Below are positions 7,320 through 16,919 of a stretch of DNA of 64,000 nt, one piece after another. Source of the DNA: Desulfuromonadaceae bacterium (GTDB lineage Bacteria > Desulfobacterota > Desulfuromonadia > Desulfuromonadales > JAAYDE01). The position numbers were made by a program, and so were the translations under genes. Within the stretch, counting starts at the first letter, position 1, and each line of letters begins with the position of its first letter. The stretch spans positions 7,326 through 71,325 of the forward strand of contig JAAZDE010000101.1 in assembly GCA_012512925.1 (NCBI GenBank), read 5' to 3'. The notes under the pieces are model-generated. The model made no database searches, was not told where the DNA came from, and worked only from the letters and a program-made list of their open reading frames with translations.

Positions 7320-9656
7320 ATGACGGCAGCCGAAACCTTAAACGACCATGAGGTTCTTCCCCTGGTCCCGCTCAGGGATGTGGTCGTTTTCCCCTACATG
7401 ATTCTTCCTCTTTTTATCGGCAGGGACAAATCCCTGGCTGCGGTAAATGCGGCGCTGGCTGGCAATCGCCTGCTTTTTGTCGCCACCCAGAAGGAGATGA
7501 TGGACTCTCCCGATATCTCCGAAATTCACATGGTCGGCACCGTGGTGCAGGTGATGCGCTCTTTCAATCTCCCCGACGGCCGCCTGAAAATCATGGTTCA
7601 GGGGGTCCACAAGGGGAAAATCATCGATTTCGCCGCCAAGGAACCCTTTTTTCAGGTCCGCATCGAGCCGCTTTCCGAGCCGGAAACGGCTGCTGTCGGC
7701 GTCGAGGAGGAAGCCCTTGTCCAACTGGTCAAGAACCGGGTCAACGAACTGGTTTCCCTCGGGAGAATCCTACCCAACGAAATGAACTCCGTGCTGCGCC
7801 ATGTCAAGGACCCCGGCAGCCTGGCCGATCTGGCGGCCGGCAACATTGGCCTGTCATTGGAGGAGATGCAGGAATTACTGGAAATTTTCGACCCCGTGGC
7901 CCGTTTGCGTCGCCTGCATGTGCTGCTGAGCCGAGAGATCGAGATGCAGTCGGTGCAGAACCGCATCCAGAATCAGGCGAGAGATGAGATGAATCGCCAT
8001 CAGAAGGAGTTTTTCCTGCGCGAACAGATACGGGCCATCCAATCGGAACTGGGGGAGGGGGATCCCAAAAGCGAGGATATCGACGATATCCATCAGCGCA
8101 TGGAAAAGGCGGGGATGCCGGAAAAGGTCAGAGCGGAGGCGGAAAAACAGCTGCGCCGGCTGGAGATGATGCACACCGAGGCCGCCGAATACTCCATGAT
8201 TCACACCTACCTCGACTGGCTGGTCGATCTTCCCTGGAACCATTCGACCCGCGACAACCTCGATCTGATCAAGGCGGCGCAGGTTCTCGACGAGGATCAC
8301 TATGATCTGGAAAAGGTCAAGGAGCGGATCCTCGAGTTTCTCGCCGTCCGCAAGCTCACCAAAAAACTCAGGGGACCGGTGCTTTGCTTTGTCGGCCCGC
8401 CGGGAGTCGGCAAGACCAGTCTCGGCAAATCGATCGCGCGGGCGCTGGGGCGCAAATTCACCCGCATCTCACTAGGAGGGATCCGCGACGAGGCCGAGAT
8501 CCGCGGCCATCGGCGCACCTACATCGGCGCCCTGCCGGGGCGGATCATCCAGGGCATCAAACAGGCCGGAACCAACAATCCGGTCTTCATGCTCGACGAA
8601 CTGGACAAAATCGGCGCCGACTTCCGCGGCGATCCTTCGGCGGCCCTGCTGGAACTGCTCGATCCCGAGCAGAATCACGCCTTTTCGGACCATTACATCA
8701 ACCTCCCCTTCGATCTCTCCAAGGTGATGTTCATCGTTACCGCCAACATTATCGATCCTATCCCCTCGGCGCTCAAGGACCGCCTCGAGATTCTTCGCCT
8801 CGCCGGCTATGCGACCGAGGAGAAGCTGGCCATCGCCCGGCGTTTCCTGGTTCCGCGGCAGTTGGAAGCCAACGGCCTGAAGGAGAATTCCCTCCGCTTT
8901 CCCGACGCCACCTTGCTCAAGCTGATAAGCGAATACACTTCGGAGGCGGGCCTGCGCAATCTGGAACGGGAGATCGGCGGCATCTGCCGCAAGGTGGCGC
9001 GCACCATCGCCGAAGAGAAGAAACCGCCCCTCGTCATCTCCGAATCCACCCTGGCCAAGCTCCTCGGTCCGCCCAAGTTCCTTCCCGAAGAGGAGCGCCG
9101 CGACAACGAAGTCGGCGTCTGCACCGGTCTGGCCTGGACCGAGACCGGCGGGGATGTCCTCTATGTGGAGGTCAATATCATGGAGGGGAAGGGGCAGCTC
9201 AACCTGACCGGCCATCTCGGCGACGTGATGAAGGAGAGCGCCCAGGCCGCCCTGTCCTACGCCCGGGCCCACGCACCGGCGCTGGGGATCGACCCGGCCC
9301 TTTTCGCCAGGAAGGATGTCCATGTCCATGTCCCTGCCGGCGCCATTCCCAAGGACGGTCCCAGCGCCGGTGTGACCCTCACCACCGCCATTGTCTCGGC
9401 GTTTACGGGACGCAAAGTAAAAAAGGATGTGGCCATGACCGGAGAGGTCACCCTGCGCGGCAAGGTGCTGCCGGTGGGGGGGCTCAAGGAGAAAATCCTT
9501 GCCGCCATCCGCGCCGGCATCCGCACCATCCTCATTCCTCGCCGCAACCTCAAGGACCTGGCGGAAATTCCGCCCAAGCTGAGAAAAAAGGTGATGATTC
9601 GCGGCGCCGACAACATGGATGAGATTCTGGCCGAAGCCTTGGAGGAAAAAGCATGA
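7320..9656 (+). CDS. lon: ATP-dependent Lon protease
   Basis: N-terminal LPLVPLRDVVVFPYMILPLFIGR, Walker A GPPGVGKTS, and protease motif DGPSAGVTL. ATG 7320 follows GGAGGAGG. The track start 7263 is an extension. Confidence 0.95.
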   Translation: MTAAETLNDHEVLPLVPLRDVVVFPYMILPLFIGRDKSLAAVNAALAGNRLLFVATQKEMMDSPDISEIHMVGTVVQVMRSFNLPDGRLKIMVQGVHKGKIIDFAAKEPFFQVRIEPLSEPETAAVGVEEEALVQLVKNRVNELVSLGRILPNEMNSVLRHVKDPGSLADLAAGNIGLSLEEMQELLEIFDPVARLRRLHVLLSREIEMQSVQNRIQNQARDEMNRHQKEFFLREQIRAIQSELGEGDPKSEDIDDIHQRMEKAGMPEKVRAEAEKQLRRLEMMHTEAAEYSMIHTYLDWLVDLPWNHSTRDNLDLIKAAQVLDEDHYDLEKVKERILEFLAVRKLTKKLRGPVLCFVGPPGVGKTSLGKSIARALGRKFTRISLGGIRDEAEIRGHRRTYIGALPGRIIQGIKQAGTNNPVFMLDELDKIGADFRGDPSAALLELLDPEQNHAFSDHYINLPFDLSKVMFIVTANIIDPIPSALKDRLEILRLAGYATEEKLAIARRFLVPRQLEANGLKENSLRFPDATLLKLISEYTSEAGLRNLEREIGGICRKVARTIAEEKKPPLVISESTLAKLLGPPKFLPEEERRDNEVGVCTGLAWTETGGDVLYVEVNIMEGKGQLNLTGHLGDVMKESAQAALSYARAHAPALGIDPALFARKDVHVHVPAGAIPKDGPSAGVTLTTAIVSAFTGRKVKKDVAMTGEVTLRGKVLPVGGLKEKILAAIRAGIRTILIPRRNLKDLAEIPPKLRKKVMIRGADNMDEILAEALEEKA

Positions 9657-10642
9657 AACTGGCCGACCTGGGCGAATTCGGCTTTATCGATCGGATCAAG
9701 GCCGGTGTCCATGCCGGTCCCGGTGTCCGTCTCGGTATCGGCGACGACTGCGCGGTGCTCGACCTGCCGCCGGGACATCAGCTGCTGACCACCACCGATA
9801 TGCTCATCGAAGAGATCCATTTTCGCCGGGAGTGGACCGATCTGGCCGATCTGGGCCGCAAAAGCGTTGCTGTCAATGTCAGCGATGTCGCCGCCATGGG
9901 GGGCATCCCCCGCCATCTCTACCTGAGCCTCGGTTTCCCCAAAACCTTTCCCTTGGAAGGCCTCGACAGCTTCGTGAGAGGATTTCTGGAGGCCTGCCGT
10001 TTCTATCGGGTCTCTCTGGTCGGCGGCGACACCTGCAGTTCCCCCGGTCCCTTGGTCATCTCCGTTACCGTCGAAGGGAGCGTCCCGGCAGGCCGTTATG
10101 TGTCCCGCGGCGGCGCCCGCCCCGGAGACGCCATCTATGCCTCGGGCACCCTGGGTGACAGCGCCCTGGCGCTCCACCTGCTGTCGGCCAAGGAAACCCC
10201 CCACCCCTTTCTCCTTGATCGCCATGTCAATCCGCAGGCCCGCACCCGTCTTGGCGCCGCCCTGGGAGAAAGCCGCCTTCCTTCGGCGATGATCGATCTC
10301 TCCGACGGGTTGCTGTCGGACTTGGGGCATATCCTTGAATGCTCCGAAGCGGGGGCCCTGGTGGAAGAGGGGCTTCTCCCCCTTTCCGATCCCTTTCGCG
10401 CCGCACTTCGGGATTCTCCTGAACTGATCCGTCTCGCCCTGGCGGGTGGGGAGGACTACGAGTTGCTGTTCACCGTTTCCCCGCAGCGGGAAAATGAACT
10501 GGCTCCCCTGGTCCAGAGAGTCGGCCTGCCCCTCACCAGGGTGGGGATTATCACCGAAAAGGGGGACGGTTTGACAGTCCGCGCCGGTGACGGGAGAATC
10601 TACCGCCCGGCCAAAGGGGGATTCAACCATTTCAGCGGCTGA
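9653..10642 (+). CDS. thiL: Thiamine-monophosphate kinase
   Basis: GEFGFIDRI, GIGDDCAVL, TTDMLIEEIHF and NVSDVAAMGG are AIR-synthase-fold ThiL motifs. The ATG overlaps the lon stop (ATGA). Confidence 0.9.
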   Translation: MKLADLGEFGFIDRIKAGVHAGPGVRLGIGDDCAVLDLPPGHQLLTTTDMLIEEIHFRREWTDLADLGRKSVAVNVSDVAAMGGIPRHLYLSLGFPKTFPLEGLDSFVRGFLEACRFYRVSLVGGDTCSSPGPLVISVTVEGSVPAGRYVSRGGARPGDAIYASGTLGDSALALHLLSAKETPHPFLLDRHVNPQARTRLGAALGESRLPSAMIDLSDGLLSDLGHILECSEAGALVEEGLLPLSDPFRAALRDSPELIRLALAGGEDYELLFTVSPQRENELAPLVQRVGLPLTRVGIITEKGDGLTVRAGDGRIYRPAKGGFNHFSG

Positions 10643-10828
10643 TCGTCGGTTTTGTTGCTGAGCGTCCTTTGTCCTTGTCTTGTCGGCCGGCGTCGCTTGG
10701 TTTCACCTATCTATGCCCAAAGTTCATTTTTCTCTTGCATTTCTGCCCCACAACTCCGGAAAATTGAAGTGGATTGTCCACCCGACAGGGCTGTACTTCA
10801 CCTCTTCTCGGAACAAGGAATATCGATC

Positions 10829-11602
10829 ATGAAATTTGCCGGTTTGTGGATTGGATTTCTTTTGACTGCATTTTTGCCGATCACCGCTGTTTCCGCCGAA
10901 CAGGAAGGCGTTTTGCTCCAGAAAGTGGTCGCCTCCCTGGAGGGCCCTTTCAAGACAGACTCCGGCAAATCGGACGCCATCAGCGATTTCCAGGTCGATT
11001 TTGTTCAGGAATCGGAGATTGCCTCCCTCGGTCAGAAGCAGACCGCGAGCGGCCAGGCGGTCTTCAAATTTCTTCCCTCCAGCGAAAAATCGCTGGTATC
11101 TCCCCTTTTCCGCTGGGAGTACAGAGAGCCCCATCAACAGAAGATCGTATCCGACGGGAAATCGGTCTGGTTTCATATCCCCGAAAACCAGCAGGCGATC
11201 CTTTCCGATGCCCGCCGTTCATTCACCGGCGACGAAAATGTCAATCCCTTGGCCTTTCTGACCAATATCGACGATCTCGGTCGCTTTTTCGAAATCGGCT
11301 GGGCCTCTCCCCGCCAGGACGACGACGGAAACTATCTTCTGCGCTTGATCCCCCGCGAGAAATCCCCGCTGCTGCAATCCCTCATTCTCGGGATTTCCAG
11401 ACAGGCGGTGGAGTTGAAAGGGAGAAAAGCCTCCTTCGCCCTGCGCACCATTCTGCTGACCAACGTCAATGGTGATAAAAGCCTCCTCACTCTCTCCAGT
11501 CCCCGCCTCAACAAGGGGATACCCATCGAGAGTTTTTGCTTCACCCCTCCGGAGGGGACCGACATTCTAACCCCGGAACAGTTCCGCCAGGCTTTTAAGT
11601 AG
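10829..11602 (+). CDS. LolA-like outer-membrane lipoprotein carrier protein
   Basis: Signal peptide MKFAGLWIGFLLTAFLPITAVSA. LolA-type body (SDFQVDFVQES...FRWEY...KIVSDGKSVWFHIP). The track start 10652 is an extension. Confidence 0.7.
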   Translation: MKFAGLWIGFLLTAFLPITAVSAEQEGVLLQKVVASLEGPFKTDSGKSDAISDFQVDFVQESEIASLGQKQTASGQAVFKFLPSSEKSLVSPLFRWEYREPHQQKIVSDGKSVWFHIPENQQAILSDARRSFTGDENVNPLAFLTNIDDLGRFFEIGWASPRQDDDGNYLLRLIPREKSPLLQSLILGISRQAVELKGRKASFALRTILLTNVNGDKSLLTLSSPRLNKGIPIESFCFTPPEGTDILTPEQFRQAFK

Positions 11603-11718
11603 GGTGCAAATAGCCTTTGCTTCGCAACACCGACATGTTATAGGATTTCAGGTCGTCCCGCCCTATTGACAAACCAGGGGGGGAACACTCATCTCCCCTT
11701 TCCCCCGACGGATATGTT

Positions 11719-13083
11719 TTGGAAAAATCAAAAGTTTGCCTGATCAGCCTCGGCTGCCCGAAAAATCTGGTCGATTCCGAAATCATGCTTGGTCACCTGG
11801 CCAAAGACCGCTATGAAATCGTCACCGACGAAAAGCAGGCCGAAATCATCATCGTCAACACCTGCGCTTTCATCAAGGAAGCCAAGGAAGAATCGGTGGA
11901 GGCGATTCTCGAGGCGGCCGGCCAGAAAATCACCGGCCGATGCCGACTGCTGGTGGTCTGCGGCTGTCTCCCTCAACGCTACGTCGAAGAACTGGCCCGG
12001 GAACTGCCCGAGGTCGATCTCTTCTTCGGCACCGGAGAGGTGCCGCGTATCGCGGAACTGCTGGAAGCGGCGGAAAAAGGCGAAAAGCGGGTCATTGAAA
12101 TCGGCGAGCCCTCTTTTCTTTACGACCACACCACCCCGCGGGCCAAATCCTCCCCTTTCTACTCCGCCTATGTCAAAATCTCCGAGGGGTGCGTCAACAA
12201 TTGTTCTTACTGTGTCATTCCCAAACTTCGGGGAACGCTCCGCTCCCGGGAAATATCCTCGGTGGTGGAGGAGGTGCGCGGCCTGGTTGCGGGAGGGGTC
12301 CGGGAGATCAACCTGATCGCCCAGGATATTACCGCCTTCGGCCTGGACCGAGGGAAAGGGACGCTTCCTGATCTGCTGCGGGAACTGGTCCAAATCGACG
12401 AACTGCGCTGGCTGAGGCTTCTCTATGCCCATCCTGCCGGTGTCACCGATGAACTGATCGAACTCATAGCCGAAGAAGAGAGAATTTGTAAATACTTTGA
12501 CATCCCCTTGCAGCACATCAACGATGATATCCTCCAGCGGATGAACCGTAAGGTCGGTACCAGCCGCATCCGCGAACTGATTGCCACGTTGCGCCGCCGC
12601 ATTCCGGAGATCACCCTGCGCACCTCTTTTATCGTCGGCTTTCCTGGGGAAAGTGATGAGCAGTTTACGCAACTTCTTCACTTCGTCCAGGAGGGGCTTT
12701 TCGACCGGGTCGGCGTTTTTCGCTTTTCCCGGGAGGAAGGGACTCCCGCCGCCGAATTTCCGGATCAGGTTCCCGCCCGCACCAGCAAAATCCGCTTTGA
12801 GAAGTTGATGAAGGCCCAGAAACGGGTCTCTTTCCAGAAAAACCGCGCCCTGGTCGGCCGAATCGAACCGGTGCTGATCGAAGGGGTGAGTGAAGAGACC
12901 GATCTGCTGCTGCGGGGGCGCAGCATCCGCCAGGCGCCCGATGTGGATGGTCAGGTCTACATCACTGCTGGTCACGCCGCCGTCGGCGATATCGTTCCCC
13001 TGCGCATTACCGACTCTTCCGACTACGACCTCATCGGAGAGATCGTCGAGGCTCCATGCTGCCTTTCAACCGCCCCGCCCTGA
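11719..13083 (+). CDS. rimO: Ribosomal protein S12 methylthiotransferase RimO (radical SAM)
   Basis: N-terminal [14 protein letters not shown], radical-SAM CxxxCxxC ([12 protein letters not shown]) and a C-terminal TRAM domain. The apparent start codon is TTG. Confidence 0.9.
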   Translation: MEKSKVCLISLGCPKNLVDSEIMLGHLAKDRYEIVTDEKQAEIIIVNTCAFIKEAKEESVEAILEAAGQKITGRCRLLVVCGCLPQRYVEELARELPEVDLFFGTGEVPRIAELLEAAEKGEKRVIEIGEPSFLYDHTTPRAKSSPFYSAYVKISEGCVNNCSYCVIPKLRGTLRSREISSVVEEVRGLVAGGVREINLIAQDITAFGLDRGKGTLPDLLRELVQIDELRWLRLLYAHPAGVTDELIELIAEEERICKYFDIPLQHINDDILQRMNRKVGTSRIRELIATLRRRIPEITLRTSFIVGFPGESDEQFTQLLHFVQEGLFDRVGVFRFSREEGTPAAEFPDQVPARTSKIRFEKLMKAQKRVSFQKNRALVGRIEPVLIEGVSEETDLLLRGRSIRQAPDVDGQVYITAGHAAVGDIVPLRITDSSDYDLIGEIVEAPCCLSTAPP

Positions 13084-14063
13084 TTGTTGTTTTGGCCCTT
13101 GTTGCGGCCATCTTCGGTCTCCGCCAATGGGGTTCCTCCCAACCGGAAGAGATCCGCAAAAGCCGCATTCTTATGGATACGGTGGTGGAAATCACCGTAT
13201 TCGGTTCAGCTTCCATTCCCCTTCAGGAAAGTGTCGACGCGGCCTTCAAAGAAATCGAGCGGATCGAGGCTCTGACCAGTTTTTTTCAGGAAAAAAGCGA
13301 CCTGAGCCGCCTTAAGGGGGCCGGCAGCATGGAGGTCTCCCCCGAGACGGCGGCCATCATCGCCACCGGATTGGAGGTCGCCGCCGCCAGCGGCGGCGCC
13401 TTTGACATGACTCTGGGCAAGCTCAAGGATGTCTGGCAGATCGAGGGGGATCATCCCCGCCTTCCGCAACCGGAGGAAATAAAAGAGGCTTTGGCCGGCA
13501 GCGGCTTTGGAGCACTTGTTCTGGAGGGGGGGAGAGTGGTCAGAAGTTCCCCGGAAACAAGCATCGACCTGGGGGGAATCGCCAAAGGCTATGCCATCGA
13601 CCGCGCCATTGAGGTCCTGAAAAAGGCTGGGGTGGAGCATGCCGCGGTCAACGCCGGGGGGGATATCCGCCTTCTCGGCGACCGCCGCGGCCAACCGTGG
13701 CGCATTGCCATCCAGCACCCCCGTCAGCAGAACGGCTTCCTCGGCAGGCTTTTAATCCAGGGCGTCGCGCTGGTGACTTCCGGAGATTACGAGCGCTTTT
13801 TCGAAAAGGACGGTATCCGTTATCATCACCTTTTTGACCCGCGCACCGGCTATCCGGCCACGGCCTCCCAGAGCGTGACGGTGCTTGCCGACACAGCAGT
13901 TGTGGCCGATGCTCTGGCTACGGCGGCCTTCGTCCTTGGTCCGCAGGAAGGGATCGCCCTGCTGAAAAAGTTTCCCGGCAGTGAGGGGATGATTGTCGGG
14001 GCGGACGGCAAACCGGCTTACACGCCGGGATTCGGGAAACTGATCGAATGGCAGTCAAACTGA
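13056..14063 (+). CDS. apbE: FAD:protein FMN transferase (ApbE/Ftp family)
   Basis: [36 protein letters not shown] and HHLFDPRTG are ApbE motifs. There is an N-terminal membrane or signal segment. It overlaps the rimO 3' end by 28 nt. Confidence 0.9.
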   Translation: MLPFNRPALIVVLALVAAIFGLRQWGSSQPEEIRKSRILMDTVVEITVFGSASIPLQESVDAAFKEIERIEALTSFFQEKSDLSRLKGAGSMEVSPETAAIIATGLEVAAASGGAFDMTLGKLKDVWQIEGDHPRLPQPEEIKEALAGSGFGALVLEGGRVVRSSPETSIDLGGIAKGYAIDRAIEVLKKAGVEHAAVNAGGDIRLLGDRRGQPWRIAIQHPRQQNGFLGRLLIQGVALVTSGDYERFFEKDGIRYHHLFDPRTGYPATASQSVTVLADTAVVADALATAAFVLGPQEGIALLKKFPGSEGMIVGADGKPAYTPGFGKLIEWQSN

Positions 14064-14443
14064 TCCTTTCCCGTATGACCCTGCTGGACGGGGTCATCAT
14101 CGCCGCTCTGCTGGCCGGGATCGGTTTCTCCTTTTTTCTGTTGGGACAGCGCCAGGAGGGGAGCCGGGTGGTGGTGGAACGGGAAGGGAAGATTCTTTTC
14201 TCGGCATCTCTCGACCAGGATCGCCAGGTTTCCTTTGACGGCCCGGTGGGAAAGACCATCCTCGTTGTCGGGGGCGGGGAGGCGTTCATTCGCAGTTCCG
14301 ATTGCCGCGACAAGGTCTGCGTGCGCATGGCCGAGATCGGCAAGGTCGGCGAGTGGGTCGCCTGCGTTCCCAACCGCCTGCTGGTTCGCATCGAAGGGGA
14401 TAAGGCAGGCAGGGAGGGGAATTATGATATCCTCAGCCGCTGA
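14048..14443 (+). CDS. NusG domain II-containing (DUF1312-like) membrane-anchored protein
   Basis: N-terminal TM (VIIAALLAGIGFSFFLL), then a beta-rich domain with CRDKVCV...WVACVPNRLLVRIEG, as in NusG_II proteins that accompany Gx transporters. It overlaps apbE by 16 nt. Confidence 0.7.
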   Translation: MAVKLILSRMTLLDGVIIAALLAGIGFSFFLLGQRQEGSRVVVEREGKILFSASLDQDRQVSFDGPVGKTILVVGGGEAFIRSSDCRDKVCVRMAEIGKVGEWVACVPNRLLVRIEGDKAGREGNYDILSR

Positions 14444-14981
14444 GCCGGTCCAACTTGAAAAGATCCGCCGGGAAATATTCCTGGCCCTGTTCATCGCCCT
14501 GGCGGTGGCCATCTATACGGTGGAGGCGCTGCTGCCGTCGCCGGTCCTCGGCCTGCGCCTCGGTTTCGCCAACATCCTCGCCTTGACGGCCCTTTTTCTT
14601 TACGGTGTGCGAGCGGCCTGGACCGTCATGCTGGCGCGGATATTCATCGGTTCTCTGCTGCTGGGGAATCTTTTCTCCCCCGGTTTTCTTCTCTCCCTGT
14701 CGGGGGGGATCGCCGCCATGACCCTGATGAGCGCCGCCAAAATACTCGGCGGACGTTTCATCAGCCCCATCGGGGTTTCCGTGCTGGGAGCGGTGGGGCA
14801 CATCGCCGGGCAGATCCTGGTGGCATCCATGCTGCTCGTTCGCCATGCCGGCCTTTGGCATTTGGGGCCGGTTTTCATGCTGGTGGCTGTCGGCACCGGC
14901 ATGATGAACGGAGTGGCCGCCACGCTGCTGATTGAGACCCTCCGCGGTCATCCGGTTTTTCAGTTCAGCACAAACAAGTAG
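14424..14981 (+). CDS. Gx transporter family protein (Hpre_diP_synt_I-like integral membrane protein)
   Basis: About five hydrophobic helices, with LGLRLGFANILALTALFLYG. ATG 14424 follows GGGAGGGG. It overlaps the preceding gene by 20 nt. The track start 14235 is an out-of-context extension. Confidence 0.75.
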   Translation: MISSAAEPVQLEKIRREIFLALFIALAVAIYTVEALLPSPVLGLRLGFANILALTALFLYGVRAAWTVMLARIFIGSLLLGNLFSPGFLLSLSGGIAAMTLMSAAKILGGRFISPIGVSVLGAVGHIAGQILVASMLLVRHAGLWHLGPVFMLVAVGTGMMNGVAATLLIETLRGHPVFQFSTNK

Positions 14982-15028
14982 TTGATATTAAAATTTTTTC
15001 TTGCCACAATGGCTAAACAGAAATCAGC

Positions 15029-15055
15029 AAAGCCCGTCCACAGTGAACGGGCTTT
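15029..15055. terminator. Bidirectional hairpin between convergent genes
   Basis: Perfect 9-bp stem AAAGCCCGT-ccacagtga-ACGGGCTTT between the Gx transporter (+) and the OFA transporter (-). Confidence 0.5.
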
Positions 15056-15082
15056 GTCATTCTGCACTCCGGAATTCTCCGG

Positions 15083-16330
15083 TTATTTTCCGGGCGGCCT
15101 AAGCATCAGGGTGATTACCGCTGCAATGATGCAGAGAACACCGCATATGGTGAAGGCCAACGGGAAATTCCCCATATCCCCCAGACGTCCGCCCATGACC
15201 GGTCCGAATATTCCTCCGATTCCGTACGCCAGAAAAACCCAGCCATACAACTCGCCGATGTACTTGACGCCGAACGTGTCCGCTGTCAGGGTCGGAAACA
15301 GGGCGAAATTGCCGCCGAAATTGAATCCGATCAATGTCGCCGCCAGGAACAGAAGCACGGGCGTTCCAGCCATTTTGATGAACATGATCATAAAAACCCC
15401 CTGGGAGGCGGTCATGACGAATACCGACATTTTTCTTCCAAGTTTGTCGGAGAGGGAACCCCAGACGATCCTGCCGATGCCGTTGGCCAGGGAAAAAAAG
15501 ATGGCCATGGCCGTTCCCGCGATAGCGCTCGCCTCGCTTAACGTGTACCCTTTGGCCTGAAGCACCTCCAGGGGAAAAAGCTTCATCAGACCGATGGTCA
15601 TCAAACCGGCGCCGGCGCTGAACACGAAAGTCACAAAAATCATGTAGAACTGTGGAGTCTTAAGCATTTCCATGCTTCGCAAATTGACCGAGGCGGCCAC
15701 CTGCCCGGGCTTTGGCGCGGGAGCCTGCCAGTTTTCCGGTTTCCAGTTTTCAGGGGGGAAAACCATCCAGATGCCACCCAGCGACACCATGATTGCGAAG
15801 ATGACCCCGTACAAAGTGAACGTCGAACTGAGACCGATGTTTTGGATGATGTTCCCCCAGGAGCCTGCCAATTTGACCCAACCCATGGCGCCAAAACCAA
15901 ATCCCGCTACGGCCAGACCGGTTATCAGTCCCTTTTTGTCAGGGAACCAGCGCATACCGACGGCAATGGGCACGACATAGGCAAGGCCGATTCCGGCGCC
16001 GCCGATCACTCCAATGGTCAAAACCAGAAGCACCGGGTTTGTTCCCCCCAACAATCCACCCAGAACGTAGCCCAGACCAAGCAAAAGCCCGCCGGATACC
16101 GCGAGTTTTCTCGGTCCCCACTTGGGCAGAAGCCTGCCGGCCACAACCATGACCACGGCAAAGGACAAAAGTCCCGCGGAAAAAACAAACTGGGTCTGGG
16201 TTCTTTTCCAGCCCGCCTCCATAAGGGCGGGGGTAAAAACGGACCAGGCATAAATGGCGCCAAGGGCCAATTGAATTAAAATCGCGCCGATGACCGCGTT
16301 CCAACGATTCATTATCCTTTCTCCAGCCAT
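15083..16330 (-). CDS. MFS transporter, oxalate/formate antiporter (OFA) family
   Basis: NRWNAVIGAILIQLALGAIYAWSVF is an OFA signature, and 12 hydrophobic segments are present. ATG 16330 follows AGGGAGG. An alternative ATG at 16312 is also RBS-backed. Confidence 0.85.
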   Translation of the reverse strand: MAGERIMNRWNAVIGAILIQLALGAIYAWSVFTPALMEAGWKRTQTQFVFSAGLLSFAVVMVVAGRLLPKWGPRKLAVSGGLLLGLGYVLGGLLGGTNPVLLVLTIGVIGGAGIGLAYVVPIAVGMRWFPDKKGLITGLAVAGFGFGAMGWVKLAGSWGNIIQNIGLSSTFTLYGVIFAIMVSLGGIWMVFPPENWKPENWQAPAPKPGQVAASVNLRSMEMLKTPQFYMIFVTFVFSAGAGLMTIGLMKLFPLEVLQAKGYTLSEASAIAGTAMAIFFSLANGIGRIVWGSLSDKLGRKMSVFVMTASQGVFMIMFIKMAGTPVLLFLAATLIGFNFGGNFALFPTLTADTFGVKYIGELYGWVFLAYGIGGIFGPVMGGRLGDMGNFPLAFTICGVLCIIAAVITLMLRPPGK

Positions 16331-16919
16331 AAATCCTCCCTTCGCCCATTTTCCCAAAAAGGTTTTCTATGTTTCTCTTGACGGCATTTTTTACAACTGC
16401 TCGCTCAACAATTTGGCGCGGTGGTCCTTTTAACCGGTTTATGGAAGGTCTCCTGCCGACCCAATTCCCGGTGCTCCACGGCAACTTTGCAAAGGTGGCA
16501 GGCGTGTTCAATCATTGAGTTGAAAATATCAAAATTAAAATTATAAAACATCGTTTTAAATTAAATGTCAATATGTTTTTAGAAGAAAAATTTCGGAAAA
16601 ATTGAACCGGCTATTATTTTTCCAGGGCTTATGTAACAACACTTACCACATTTGGCCCTTAGTGTTTTTTTGTTTTTAAGATAATTGTTGGACGGTGTTG
16701 AGAATTCTAGAATATGGTTTTTGAATTCTTTTAGAATGGATCTCTGCACCTTGCCGCCGGATTTGAGGATAACGGGAGTTTCGCTGCCATGGTGGCGGCC
16801 GGAAATTTTGGCCGATAAATCGTCTTTAAAAGTTTGACGGATGTTTGACTCTTCCCGTAAAGTTAAATACTTGATTTTTAAGCGGCGTCCAACCTCGCAG
16901 CGATTCAATTAAGACTTTC

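Noticed and set aside
16579-16908. 109-aa ORF in the AT-rich region upstream of rnj.
   Set aside because: Its only possible start is a TTG with no Shine-Dalgarno sequence. There is no internal Met and no recognisable domain, and its composition simply mirrors AT-rich non-coding DNA.
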